Source of the DNA: Piromyces finnis finn
Taxonomy: Eukaryota > Fungi > Neocallimastigomycota
DNA length: 64,000 nt
Assembly: GCA_002104945.1 (NCBI GenBank)
Contig: MCFH01000028.1
Span: 248,001 to 312,000 of the forward strand
Direction: 5' to 3'
Shown: positions 52,555 to 64,000 of the stretch, piece by piece
How the letters are laid out: each line of letters begins with the position of its first letter
Position numbering within the stretch: position 1 is the stretch's first letter
Position numbers and translations under genes: made by a program
Notes under the pieces: generated by a model
Database searches by the model: none
What the model saw: the letters and a program-made list of their open reading frames with translations, nothing else
Told to the model about the DNA's origin: nothing

Positions 52555-55500
52555 ACTTTTTTGTATGGTGTCACAAAATAAATTTCTTTTTTATTTCCCA
52601 TTCCTTTCCTTCCTTATATTATTTTGTATTAATGAATTAATGTTTTCTATTTAAATTCTATTCAAATTGATTTTATTGATAATAAATTAGCAGTAATGGA
52701 AATGGATACATAAAAAAAGTTTGTGGTATAAGCAATGAAAATGGTTGGTTTATTTTTATATTAAAAATTAAATACTGGAAAATTAAATAAATTCATTCAA
52801 ATGATTATCATTTAACTAGGGAACTTTAGCAGAGGAAAAAAAAGTTCATTTAGCATATTATTATTTGAACGGCATTCTTATTATGTTAATGATTTAAAAA
52901 TGTATTACCGCCATTATTATTACTATGTTAATGATTTAAAAATGTATTACCGCCATTATTATTACTGCTATTTAATTTTTGGGCTTAACGAAAACTATAC
53001 AATTTTTTTTTAATTTAACGGAACAATATCAAGTGAATAGAAAAATTTTTTTTTATTTTTTGTTTCATCCTTTTTTAATTTATATTAAATTGGAATTTAT
53101 TATTAATATTATTTATTATTAAATTTCATAAATTTCATAAAGAAAAGATTTTTTTTTTTTTGACATAGAATTGTTTTAATCTAAAAATTATTTTTTTTTT
53201 TTTAGAAAAAAAAAGTATAGAAAATTTACTCATTTAAATAACTAAAAAAAAAAACACTTTTTATTAATAATAACTATAAACTACTTTTTTCCACAACATT
53301 TTTCCATCTTTATTAGTATAAAATGAAATCGTTTTTTTATTTAACGGTTCTATCCACTAATGAAATCATTACATTTTAATATTGTAATAATAGTTTTTTC
53401 TTTTACATTTTCGTGGACGTATTTATTTTTATTTCTATTTTTGTATGTAATGTCAACATTTTTTATATTAATTTTCATTTTAATTTATTTCCTCATCATT
53501 GGTTTTAAAACAGATTTTCCCTTAATAATATATTATTGATTATATTAAATTTTATATTTACAATTTGAAAAACGAAACTTTAAAAAATACTAAATTTAAT
53601 AACAATTAAGGTTTATTAAAAAAGAAATAGAAAAAAAAGAGAAAAGGTTTTATCATTTTATTAGCAGAGTAAAGGTGATTTTAAATTTGATTTTAATGAT
53701 CATGAAGGTATGACTATAAAAATATATAATGGATACTTTGAATAGAATTAAGCAGTATAAAGTATTCCATTAAAGTTTTGGTTTAGGTTAGGTTAATAAA
53801 ATCACCATTAAAAAAAAAAACTTTTTAAAATTGTTTCCATTTAAAAAAAAAAAGGATTGTTACTTTAGGATGATGTCAACAAATCCATGAGTATGTTATT
53901 TAAAGATGTATTATGGTTATGATTTCTTTTTATATATATATACATATAATAAAATTACCTTTAAAAAGTTTAAAACTATTTTTTTTAAAAAAAAAAAAAA
54001 CAAAAAATACAAATAATAAAATAAAACTCTAGGCGGTTAATGTTTTATTTTTTAAAAAAAACCAAAGACTATAACCATTTAAAATATATTTTGTGTGCCA
54101 TAGGAAAGGAAAAAAAAACCAACTATTTGTAAAGTCAATTTATATATTTGTATTATTTATTTAAAATATACATAAAAAATAGCTTGAACTTTTAAAACTT
54201 GTACAAGTCAATTGAACTTTAGTCGCCGCTTTAATTCACCATTGATTTGAAATTAGTTTTTAATTCTTACTAAAAAGCAAACAAAAGATACCAACCAACC
54301 AACTTTTAAAATTTAAATTTTAATTTTTCATTTTTCTTCATCTATTTATTTTTTAATTTAGTTTTTAATAAAATTAATAAAAAAATAATTAAAAGTAAAA
54401 TTAAATATTTAATTATAATTTAATATAATGAATATTATTTTGTTAGGAAAGTTTAGGGTGAAAAGGTGGTGTATCGTAGAGGTCTTTGAAATTTTCTTTT
54501 TTTTTTTTTTCTAAAATAATAATGACAATTATAAGAAAAAAAAATTGTTTATGAATTTATTATCTTAATAATTTTTTTAAATAATACGAATATTATATAT
54601 ATATATATATATATATAATAAATAAGAAAACTTTGATTTATTTATTTTAAAAGTCTTTCTTTTTTTATTTATTTATTTTCTTTTCTTTCTTCTATTGCCG
54701 CAGGAATAACTTTTATTTGCGGTGAAATTGAATTTTTTAAGAAAAATGAAAAGAGACATATTAAATTTCTTTATATGGAAATTATTGATAATGTATACAA
54801 CATAGAAATGTATACAATTAGTTAAAAAAAGAAGGAAAGGTTAAACTCCTCAATAACCTATTCGCATAAACTTTTAGGATTGAAAAAAAAAAAAAGTTGC
54901 TCTCTTTGCATAAAAAATAAGTTTATTATTTTTTTAAAAAAGGTATTTTATTAATAATAAAAAAGTCTATTTTCTTTTTTAATCATTTATATATCATATT
55001 TAGTGTAGAAAAAAAAAAGACTATCGAATATTTAATTTATACTTTTTTAAATAAAAAAAGATTTTATGGTGTGTCTAATGAAAAAAAAAAAGAGTAAAAT
55101 TAATATTTAATGAGTCATTTTATTGATTTTAAAAAGTGAAAAAACCAATTTTTTTTTATTTATTCTATTATAAAAGGAATGAAGATTTATTATATTTAAA
55201 AAAGAAAAAATAAGAAAAAATTATTATTTTAATTTATTTTTCCCTCATATAACATTTCTTTAGCATGGCTATCGTATATTATAGTATTAACATTGCATAC
55301 ATTGCATGGCATGGCCATAGAATTACATTTTCAAAAAGAAAAAAAAATTTTTTTTAATAAATTAAATACTTTGATATTTTAAAATTTTTAAGGTTTTAAA
55401 TTATCTAAAATATAAAGTCACAGTAATACTCTGAAGGATAGGTGTACCATTGCAGTAATAAAAAATTTTAACAATTCATTTAGTTTTATTGTTGTTTTAA

Positions 55501-58500
55501 TTATAGAAAGTATAAAACACTTTAGGTAGTCGTTGTTGTTTTCGTTGTTTTCTCTTTTCTTCTTATTATTAATCCGATTTTATACTTTTTATATATTAAA
55601 ATTTTTTAATATCTTTTCAAAAAATAAAATTTTTAATTTATTTAATTATTAATTTAAAAAAGGAAATTTTACTTTTTTTAAACTTTAATCATTAAGGAAA
55701 TGCTAAAGGTAAATATAAATTTAATCATTAAGGTAAATGCTAAAGGTAAATGTAAATTTTAAGTTTTAGAAATAAAAAAAAAAAAAGTAAATTTCTATTA
55801 TTTGAAAGAAAGAAAAAAGTCTTTTTTTTACTATTACTTTTAATGGCATTCTTTCTTATTTAATTAGGAAGACGTGTTTAGTTATTCATTTTCCTAAATC
55901 TTTTTCTTTTTCAAGAGAGCATTTTTTGGGAATATTTTTTTTATGATTCAATTGTTATTCATATATTAAACTATATGAAATTTATATTTATTGAATAAAT
56001 ATAATATATATAAATGGCACAAAGAAAAATTAATTACCACCCACTTTTTCACAATAGAAAAAAATAAATTTTCATGGCTTAGACTAAATGAAATGAAAAC
56101 CTAAAAATATATTAAAAAAAGGGAATTAAGTATCTTTTAATGATAAAAATAATTATTTATTTTTATAAGCATGGATGGATGTTGAATTTTTTTTTACTAT
56201 TTATAATTGATTAATTGAATATTGAATACCCACCATGCATCAGCATTGAATTTACTTTCTATTACTTCCATCATCTTTTATCAAAAAAAATCTTTTTTTT
56301 TGTTATTACTATTTAATTAAAATTTCATGTTTTGTGTTAAATTAAAATTTCTATAATGAAAAAACTTTATTTTTTATTATTCTATCGTTTTAAATTCTAT
56401 TGAATTATTTATAGAAAAAATGATAATAAAATGATGAAATATAAAATTGAAATTTTTTGTGTATAGTTTAATTCTATTTTAATATATTATATATATTATG
56501 TTATTCCTACTATGAATATTATAATTGTTATTAATATATGAGTAATATATAGTATAATATAGAGGATAGATTAAACCTTTTAAATATATTCAATTATTTT
56601 ATATATTAAATTATTTAATATAAAATACATCTATGATACATTTATTATATTATTTAATAAATAGGAATAAATAAAAAATATACAATTTCTTTTTTTTTTT
56701 TTTTCATTGTAGTCATCCTATTGGTTGTATACAAAAAGTTTCATTTTATTTTTACCAACAATCTTAAATTATTGGCGGTTTTTTTAAAAAGTTAAACCTT
56801 AATTAATATTATTTTGAAGGATCGTGTTTTAAAAATTTTTTTAAAATAGAATAGAATGAAAAATGCATAATGTTTTAAAGTTTTTTTTAAAATAGAATAG
56901 AATGAAAAATGCATAATGAATGAAAATTAATATTTCTAGAAATGAAGTATTTTATACAGAAAAAAATTTTTACCAGCTTTATAAGATAGGGTGTAAAATA
57001 AAGAAAGTTAAAAAAAAAGAATGTTGTTTACCATTTTTATAAATAAAACTATAATTCCTATTCCTCTTCTACATATGAAGGAAATAAATTAGTAAAAGGA
57101 AAAAAAAACAATAAAAAAAAACTTTGTTAATTCCATTTTTATCAACTTTAATTTATTATTCAATGATAGCATCATTTAAATTAAAATATATTTAATTTAA
57201 ATTAAATTAAATTTAATACATTTGTAATTTTTTTATACAACAAAAATTTTTAATTTTTTACTATTTTTAGTAAAGTATCTAAACTCTAATAACTAATAAA
57301 ATTTCTAAAAGCTATAATTAAAAAAAACAGAAATAATTAAAATAACAAAAAAGTTAAAAGTACACTTTTGAGATTATGGATCAACATAACAAAAATAAAA
57401 AAAGATAGTATTGTTAGGGATAAAAAGAACGTAACATAAATTACCCCTTTTTTTTTAAAAAATGAAAAAATTTAATCGTCTTATTGAAAATAAAATGTAG
57501 AATAGTGGATTAGTGGATTGTATGGTGTATTCTATTGTTTAAAGCATTAGAATTTTTAATGAATATTTTAATTATATTAATTTTTCATGAGAATTAGGAG
57601 AGAATAGAAATAAGAATACTATTTATTTTTTTATCATTATTTTAAGAGCTGTTATAGTATCATTTATTGCTTCCTTTTTACCATACCCATTAATACCCTT
57701 TTTCAAATAATACTAATACGACTAGATGTGTAATAATATTAATAAATAAAAATACACCACTAAATACTATTATTCAATATATTATAGACTAATTGGTAAT
57801 GGTATCAAAAAATAATGGAAAAATTAAAATGAATGTCATAAATTAAATTTATATTAAAATTTTAGAATAATATAAAATAAATCCATATTTAATGTATACA
57901 TAATAAAAGATTGATCCAGTCAAATTAGAAAAAAGTATTATAAATAAAAAGATTTTTTTTCGTAGGTTCAATAATGAGCTCATTTTATTCATGTCTACTC
58001 TTGTATTTTAAAAGATCATTATTTTTTAAATAAAAATCAAACTCTTTACTTTTAAAAGTGGTGTGTGGTGTGATTATTATAGTTATTTATTGTTGATTGA
58101 CTATTTTAAAAATTAAAAGATAGGGTTGGAAAATTCTTTAATAAATTAAGTTTTAAATTGAAAAGTTTATTTCCTATGATTTTTCATAATTCAATTTTAT
58201 TTTAATGAAAATATCCAATAGAATTAAAGGAAAAAGAAGGAAATTTTATTTATTCTTTTTTTTTTTTTATAAACCTACCACATTAATAAATACTAAATAA
58301 TATTTAATAATACATAATAATAAATATTAAAATTTAATACGATTTAATTATATTAATAAATAAATTACACATAATAGTAATACACACAATAATACATAAT
58401 AATAAACAACTCATACTAACACATAATAGTAATACCTACACACCTTATTAGCATAATAATAGTAAAAAAAAAAAAAAAAAGATAGGGATGATGATGATGA

Positions 58501-58889
58501 TAGAAAAAGTTGTACTTTAATTCCCATATGATTATTAATGTGATTTGATTTAGAAAAAAAGTTTTTGTTTTAGAATTGTTATTGTTTTTAAAACAATCGA
58601 ATTTTTTAGTAACAATAATAGTAATATTATAAAATATTTATAAAAGAATATCTTTTATATAATGGAATAAAAATAGGTGAATAATCATAGAAGGATAAAG
58701 ATAGGCTATTTATATCTTTTTTTTTTTTATAATATAAAAATTCTTTTATTCTTATAATTATTTACCTTTTGACTAATAGCATTTCGTTTTTTTTTTTACT
58801 CAAGAGGATACAAAAAAAGAAAAAACGCGGTAATGGTTAAGGTTTATTATCTTGCAATATCTCACTATCAAATAGAATGATTTAATTTT

Positions 58890-59110
58890 ATAAGGTTCAT
58901 TCATTTAATTATTTAATAGAATTTATTTATATATTTATCTATTTATTTATAAGATTCATTCATTTAATTATTTAATAAAATTTATTTATATATTTATTTA
59001 TTTATAAGATTCATTCATTTAATTATTTAATAGAATTTATTTATATATTTATTTATTTATAAGATTCATTCATTTAATTATTTAATAGAATTTATTTATA
59101 TATTTATTTA
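58890..59110. repeat. 55-59-bp AT-rich minisatellite, four copies
   Basis: Unit TAAGATTCATTCATTTAATTATTTAATAGAATTTATTTATATATTTATTTATTTA starting at 58891, 58950, 59005 and 59060. Confidence 0.9.
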
Positions 59111-61950
59111 TATATTTATTTATATATTCATTATAAAATTTTTTTGTATGACATTAAATTTTTTTTTAATTCATTCATTCCTATTTTTCGTATATTATAA
59201 ATTTAATAAATTTAATTATTATAATTGTTTTTGTATATATTAAAATTAAATTGTAATTTATTATTATTAAAAGTTCATAGAAAATGAGTAATTAAAATAC
59301 CTACCATTTTGCTGTTTCAACCGTAAACCCATTTTAAATCGTTGAATTGCACCATTTATCCTACCACCCGACCATGATCATTTCCCAAAAATAGAAAGAA
59401 ATGGCCTAGTCCTAGTATTTCATTCTATTTTTTAAAAAATAAATTAAAACCTTTTAAATGAAATAAATTACATTGAATGATGGGATTAATTAAAAGGAAA
59501 TTAATTCATTGATAATTCATTTGAAAATATAAACAGTTAATCCCCATTTTGATTTATTTCAATTTCACCGCATTTCTTAAAAGTTTATTTCCTTTAAAAA
59601 AAAAAAAAGGTGGGTAAGCATGACGAACAGATCAATAAAGAAAAAAAAATACTATTCTTTTATAGAAATAGATAGCTATTTTTTTTTTTTATTCAATAAC
59701 TTTGGATGAATATTCAAAATAATATTTTTTATATTAAAAATAGACCCTCTTTTTCTACCCACCATAATTTATTTTTGTAGTGGTGATTGTTCTGGTTATT
59801 GTGGTTGGTTGTCGTTGTTTATTTTTTATCTGTTAAAATTTAATAAATTATAGTTTCAATTTGCTTCTATTCAACTCTAATTACTATTGTTTGGGTAGGA
59901 AAAGGAAAAAGTTTAATGTATAGGAAATAGGAGAATAGACTTTATTTTTTTGTATCTGTGTTTAATATAAAATGATATACATATTGATTCATTTACAATA
60001 TACACAATTAGTATTATTACCAATATATTTACAATATATAATTATATATAGTTCTACATATAAACAATTTATTTTTAATGTTTTTTTTTACCATTTTATT
60101 TTTTAATATTTTATTTTCATTTATACAACAAAATATTAATTATTAAAGTTTGGCTATTGATTATTTTTATATTAAGTAGAAACAAGTTTAATCCTTACCA
60201 TTTTAAATGTCATCAAAAATTCTAATATTTAATTTTTTTTATCCTTAATAAATTAATAATAGATTATACAATAAATTTAATATATATTAAACAATATATT
60301 GATAATCTTAATTTTTATTAATCTATTTGATGACAAATTAAAAATATTTTAAAAGTTTTTAATTTAAATAGAAATTAATTTATTATATTATAATTATATT
60401 TGATTTTCATCTATTTAATCTATTTATTATATTTATCAATAAACTTTTTTTTTTATTAAAGTTTTGTATTTATATGATTTAAAAAAAAATAAAATATTAA
60501 ATAGATTCTATTAATTAATGTATTTCTATGGTTTATATAAAAAAATAATAAATAGATTCTATTAATTAATAATATATTTACATCAATTAATTCTATTAAA
60601 TTGTATTATATGTACCCAATATAAATAATTTAGTCTACTTTTAAACTTTTTTTAATAGAATTTTATTTATTTATATTAATATTTATTAACATTTGAAAAA
60701 AAAAAAGTTTTTTTTTATGTCAAAGTTAAATTAATAATAAATGAAATAAATAAAAAAAGGCATCCTTTTTTTAATTCTATTAGCTATTATATAGTTTATA
60801 TATGATGATAATATAGTTCAAAGTTAATTTTTAATATACGATACTTCATAGTTTAAACGAGCTATCATGGTGAATTTATAATTTTTTTTTTTTTTTTACT
60901 TTATTTATAGTTGTGTATTTATATTAATTAGAAAAAATAGGAATAAAATTAAAATAATAATATATAAAAAAAATGAAATAACAAAAATTATTGATATAAA
61001 ACAATATAAATGCTATATATATTTAATAATATATTATAATATATGATTACCTATTCTTAAATATAACTTTAATTATATTAATAAATAGAAAGAAATTTTT
61101 TAATTATAAATAAAAGAAAAAAGTTTTTTTTTTTTTCATAAATGAATTTTTATTAAAGTGAATTTTTTTTAAAAGTCAATTAGTGTAGTATATATGAAGA
61201 TATGATAATAAGCACACTTTGAAAGTGAAAAAAAAAGTAAATAAATAAATAAATAGAAAATACAATAATTTTTTTTAACACTATATTAAATAATAATAAT
61301 AGCAAAAAAAAAAAAGTATAAAATCAACCTTTTTAAACTATATATTATTTTATAAAATAAAAAGAGGAAAAATAATTTCAATATTCTTTAAAAGATTGGA
61401 TAACGCAACAAAATTTTGATATTATTTTGAAATAAACAAATAACAAATAGATATATGTAAAAAACTTTTTTTATTTGGAAAAAAGGTAAAACAACAACAA
61501 CTATTAATACTAATATTAATAAATAATAAATAATAATAATAATAATAATAAAAATAAAAATATAAAAAATAAATTGTATACCAACTTTTTTTTTTATTTA
61601 AAAAAAAAGAGGAATCTACATATATATTTTTTTTTGAGTAATAACAATAACAATAACAATAAAACCGTTTCCGTTAAAAGTCAACAAGAAATTAGAGTAA
61701 AACGAAATTATTTTGAAATTAATAATATTTTTTATTTGATATCCAGAAAAGAATAAATAAATTAAATATTATTAAAACTCAAAAGATTTGTGCGCGTGTA
61801 TTGTGTCAATTGAATGAATCTACCTTTTTATTGATAAATAAATAAAAGAAGAAAAAAAAAAGGAAAAGGAAATAAACTTTTTTTTTATTGAAAAAGGAAA
61901 TGGGCCAATAATTAATAAAGAATAAAATATATTTATATAAATATATAAAA

Positions 61951-64000
61951 ATGTCTGTAATAGCTATGTCAATCAATGATAATACACTAGAGAAAATAAA
62001 TACTTCTACTATAACTAATAACCTATCTTTAAATTTATATGATACTACTCTTTTAAAAAATAAAATGGAAAATAGAATAAACGTACCTGTAATAACAAAG
62101 GAAATTCAGCAACAACTTCAAAACCAATATAAAATGCAACCATCTCAAGCAGCTCCTATACCAAACCAATCCATATCAATACCCCAAACATTATCTTTAA
62201 CCCAACCTGTACAACCTCAAATAATAAAAGTTATACAAGTAGCTCAACCATCTATACCAAATGCTCCTACTCAAAATGTATTTATAAATCCAATGGCTCA
62301 ACCAGCCAATATAAATTCTTCTCATACCTTAAATATACCAGTGGTTGATACCTTAAAAAGAAGATCTTCAATACCAAATATACTAGAACAACAAGGTCCT
62401 TCACAATCACAACCAAGGCGTCGTTTATCCATGCAATTAAATGAAATACCACTATCCAATCCAGATGCTATGGCTATTGATCCAAAGCCAGCACCTGTCA
62501 CACAAACGACGTCCACTGCTCAACCAGCAGTTGTGGCTGCCCCACCTCAAGTTCGTTATATTTATGGCATTCCAAGAGCACCTTCATTACCTATTAATAA
62601 TATTGTACCTACTACTATGTCACCAATTCAACCTATGAAAGCATTTCCCGCTCTACCACTTTCAAATTTTGTAGTTTATTTAGTCAATCGTATTTGGTAT
62701 CATGGTAAACCAGAATGTCGTAATGCGGCTCATCCAGAGTATGCTGAATTAACAAAATTTGTTGAAGATGTATTAAAAATCACTGATTTATCCTTAAATA
62801 CTGTCCTTTTAAGTCTTCGTTACATTTATATGCTGCGTCAAAAGTGTAATACAGATCAAAAAATATTGGAATGGTCCCTGCGCGATTTAATCGCTGTACA
62901 TTTTATGCTGGCTAATAAATTTTTATCAGATGATCGTTATTCTAACAGTGTATGGGCTTCGGTTACCGGAAAGGATTTAGATGAAATGAATCGCTTAGAA
63001 AAGAAATCATTGGAAATTCTTCAATTTAATTTAAATGTGCATCATGATGATTTTAAAAATTGGGAAAAAAGTATTTCTACGTTAGGTAAGGAATTAAGAC
63101 AACGTATGACCACCCTTCAACAAGAAAGAAATTTAAAGAAACAACAAGCAGAACTTACTGCTCTACTGAATGAAACCATGTCTAATACCAATGTCATTAA
63201 AATGCCACTTTTCCATCAAACACCACCTACCCTTTCTACCACCTTAATGGTAAATAATGTACCCACCATTCCAATTAATCCAACCGCCGCTATAAACATT
63301 ATTAATGGTCATCCTACTGCTGCTGCTACCATCACTCCAAATTCAACCACAATCATTACCAGTAATACCCAAGTAGCTCCTACTCTTGCAACATCATCCC
63401 TTAATTTAAAATTTTCACCACAACCAACAAATATTGCCAATGTTGCCGTGGTGAATACCGTCAATCCAGCACAAGTTGCAACGGTAACGAATGTATCCAA
63501 TGTAACGCTTGCTCAAAATCCAATTTCATTGAATGCAGTTACTGTCAAGCAAGCCATACCCACTTCACCAAAAGTATCTGTAACACCAATGTTTATATCC
63601 TCCTTACCTACCACCTCTTTACCCGCTACCGGTATTACCATAGTCAATCCAACCAATACGGTGAATACAATGAACGCCAATTCTATCTATCCATCACCAC
63701 CATTATGTCGTATATCCAATGCTCAACCTACCAATACCGTGTTGGCAACTTCAAATTTTGTAGGACCTACTGCAGTGGCATTAGTTCCAAATCATGAAGT
63801 TTCAACAGTCAATGCTACACCAGGCGTCAATACCCTTACTAATGAAACTTCATCATCAACTCTTTTTACCACTCAAAATGTTCGTACCGCGGCTTTTATT
63901 CCAACCAATGTTAGTGCTTCAACTCCAGCCCAAAATACCACAATTAATGTAGCCACAAATCAATGTCGCTTCCTTAAACATTCTCTTTCCAGTAATAGTT
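61951..64000 (+). CDS. Pho80/Pcl-family cyclin (Clg1/Pcl5-like), intronless, 3' end beyond window
   Basis: Open frame from ATG 61951 to the window end (absent from the ORF track, presumably because no stop lies inside). Cyclin box ~62650-63070: LSNFVVYLVNRIW...LTKFVEDVLKITDLSLNTVLLSLRYIYMLR...FMLANKFLSDDRYSNSVWASVTG...EMNRLEKKSLEILQFNLNV, flanked by Pro/Thr/Gln-rich sequence. Confidence 0.85.
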   Translation, partial: MSVIAMSINDNTLEKINTSTITNNLSLNLYDTTLLKNKMENRINVPVITKEIQQQLQNQYKMQPSQAAPIPNQSISIPQTLSLTQPVQPQIIKVIQVAQPSIPNAPTQNVFINPMAQPANINSSHTLNIPVVDTLKRRSSIPNILEQQGPSQSQPRRRLSMQLNEIPLSNPDAMAIDPKPAPVTQTTSTAQPAVVAAPPQVRYIYGIPRAPSLPINNIVPTTMSPIQPMKAFPALPLSNFVVYLVNRIWYHGKPECRNAAHPEYAELTKFVEDVLKITDLSLNTVLLSLRYIYMLRQKCNTDQKILEWSLRDLIAVHFMLANKFLSDDRYSNSVWASVTGKDLDEMNRLEKKSLEILQFNLNVHHDDFKNWEKSISTLGKELRQRMTTLQQERNLKKQQAELTALLNETMSNTNVIKMPLFHQTPPTLSTTLMVNNVPTIPINPTAAINIINGHPTAAATITPNSTTIITSNTQVAPTLATSSLNLKFSPQPTNIANVAVVNTVNPAQVATVTNVSNVTLAQNPISLNAVTVKQAIPTSPKVSVTPMFISSLPTTSLPATGITIVNPTNTVNTMNANSIYPSPPLCRISNAQPTNTVLATSNFVGPTAVALVPNHEVSTVNATPGVNTLTNETSSSTLFTTQNVRTAAFIPTNVSASTPAQNTTINVATNQCRFLKHSLSSNS

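Noticed and set aside
52220-59110. Tandem arrays as CRISPR-like repeats
   Set aside because: Units are contiguous with no unique spacers, and the context is eukaryotic with no cas genes.
56168-59764. Short inverted motifs (GCATGGATGG...CCACCATGC near 56170-56240; GGTGGGTAAG...CTACCCACC near 59609-59763) as MITE ends
   Set aside because: Only 8-10 bp, imperfect, and without TSDs.

Overview
Extremely AT-rich, intron-rich eukaryotic DNA. Composition, poly-Asn proteins, a flagellar radial-spoke gene and LTR retroelements point to an anaerobic gut fungus (Neocallimastigomycota); this is an inference. 1-29 kb holds eight spliced genes: a tandem PH-domain protein, DIB1/Dim1, an unknown 1,109-aa Ser/Asn-rich protein, a complete PEX10, methionine aminopeptidase 1, an SH3 protein, RSPH14/RTDR1 and an Asn/Met-rich prion-like protein. 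29-62 kb has no recognisable host protein gene but contains two young, nested Ty3/gypsy LTR retrotransposons on the minus strand. The outer element (37690-49734, 632-bp LTRs, 4-bp TSD TTGA, tRNA-Ala-type PBS, -1 frameshift signal between gag and pol) ends 14 bp upstream of an intron-containing tRNA-Ile(UAU) gene, as expected for Pol III/tRNA-gene-targeted integration. The inner chromovirus (41829-47268, 373-bp LTRs, 5-bp TSD ACCAT) splits the outer pol and has an 11-nt Tf1-type self-priming PBS. An intronless Pho80/Pcl-family cyclin ORF starts at 61951 and runs off the window. All gene models and alignments were read by eye.
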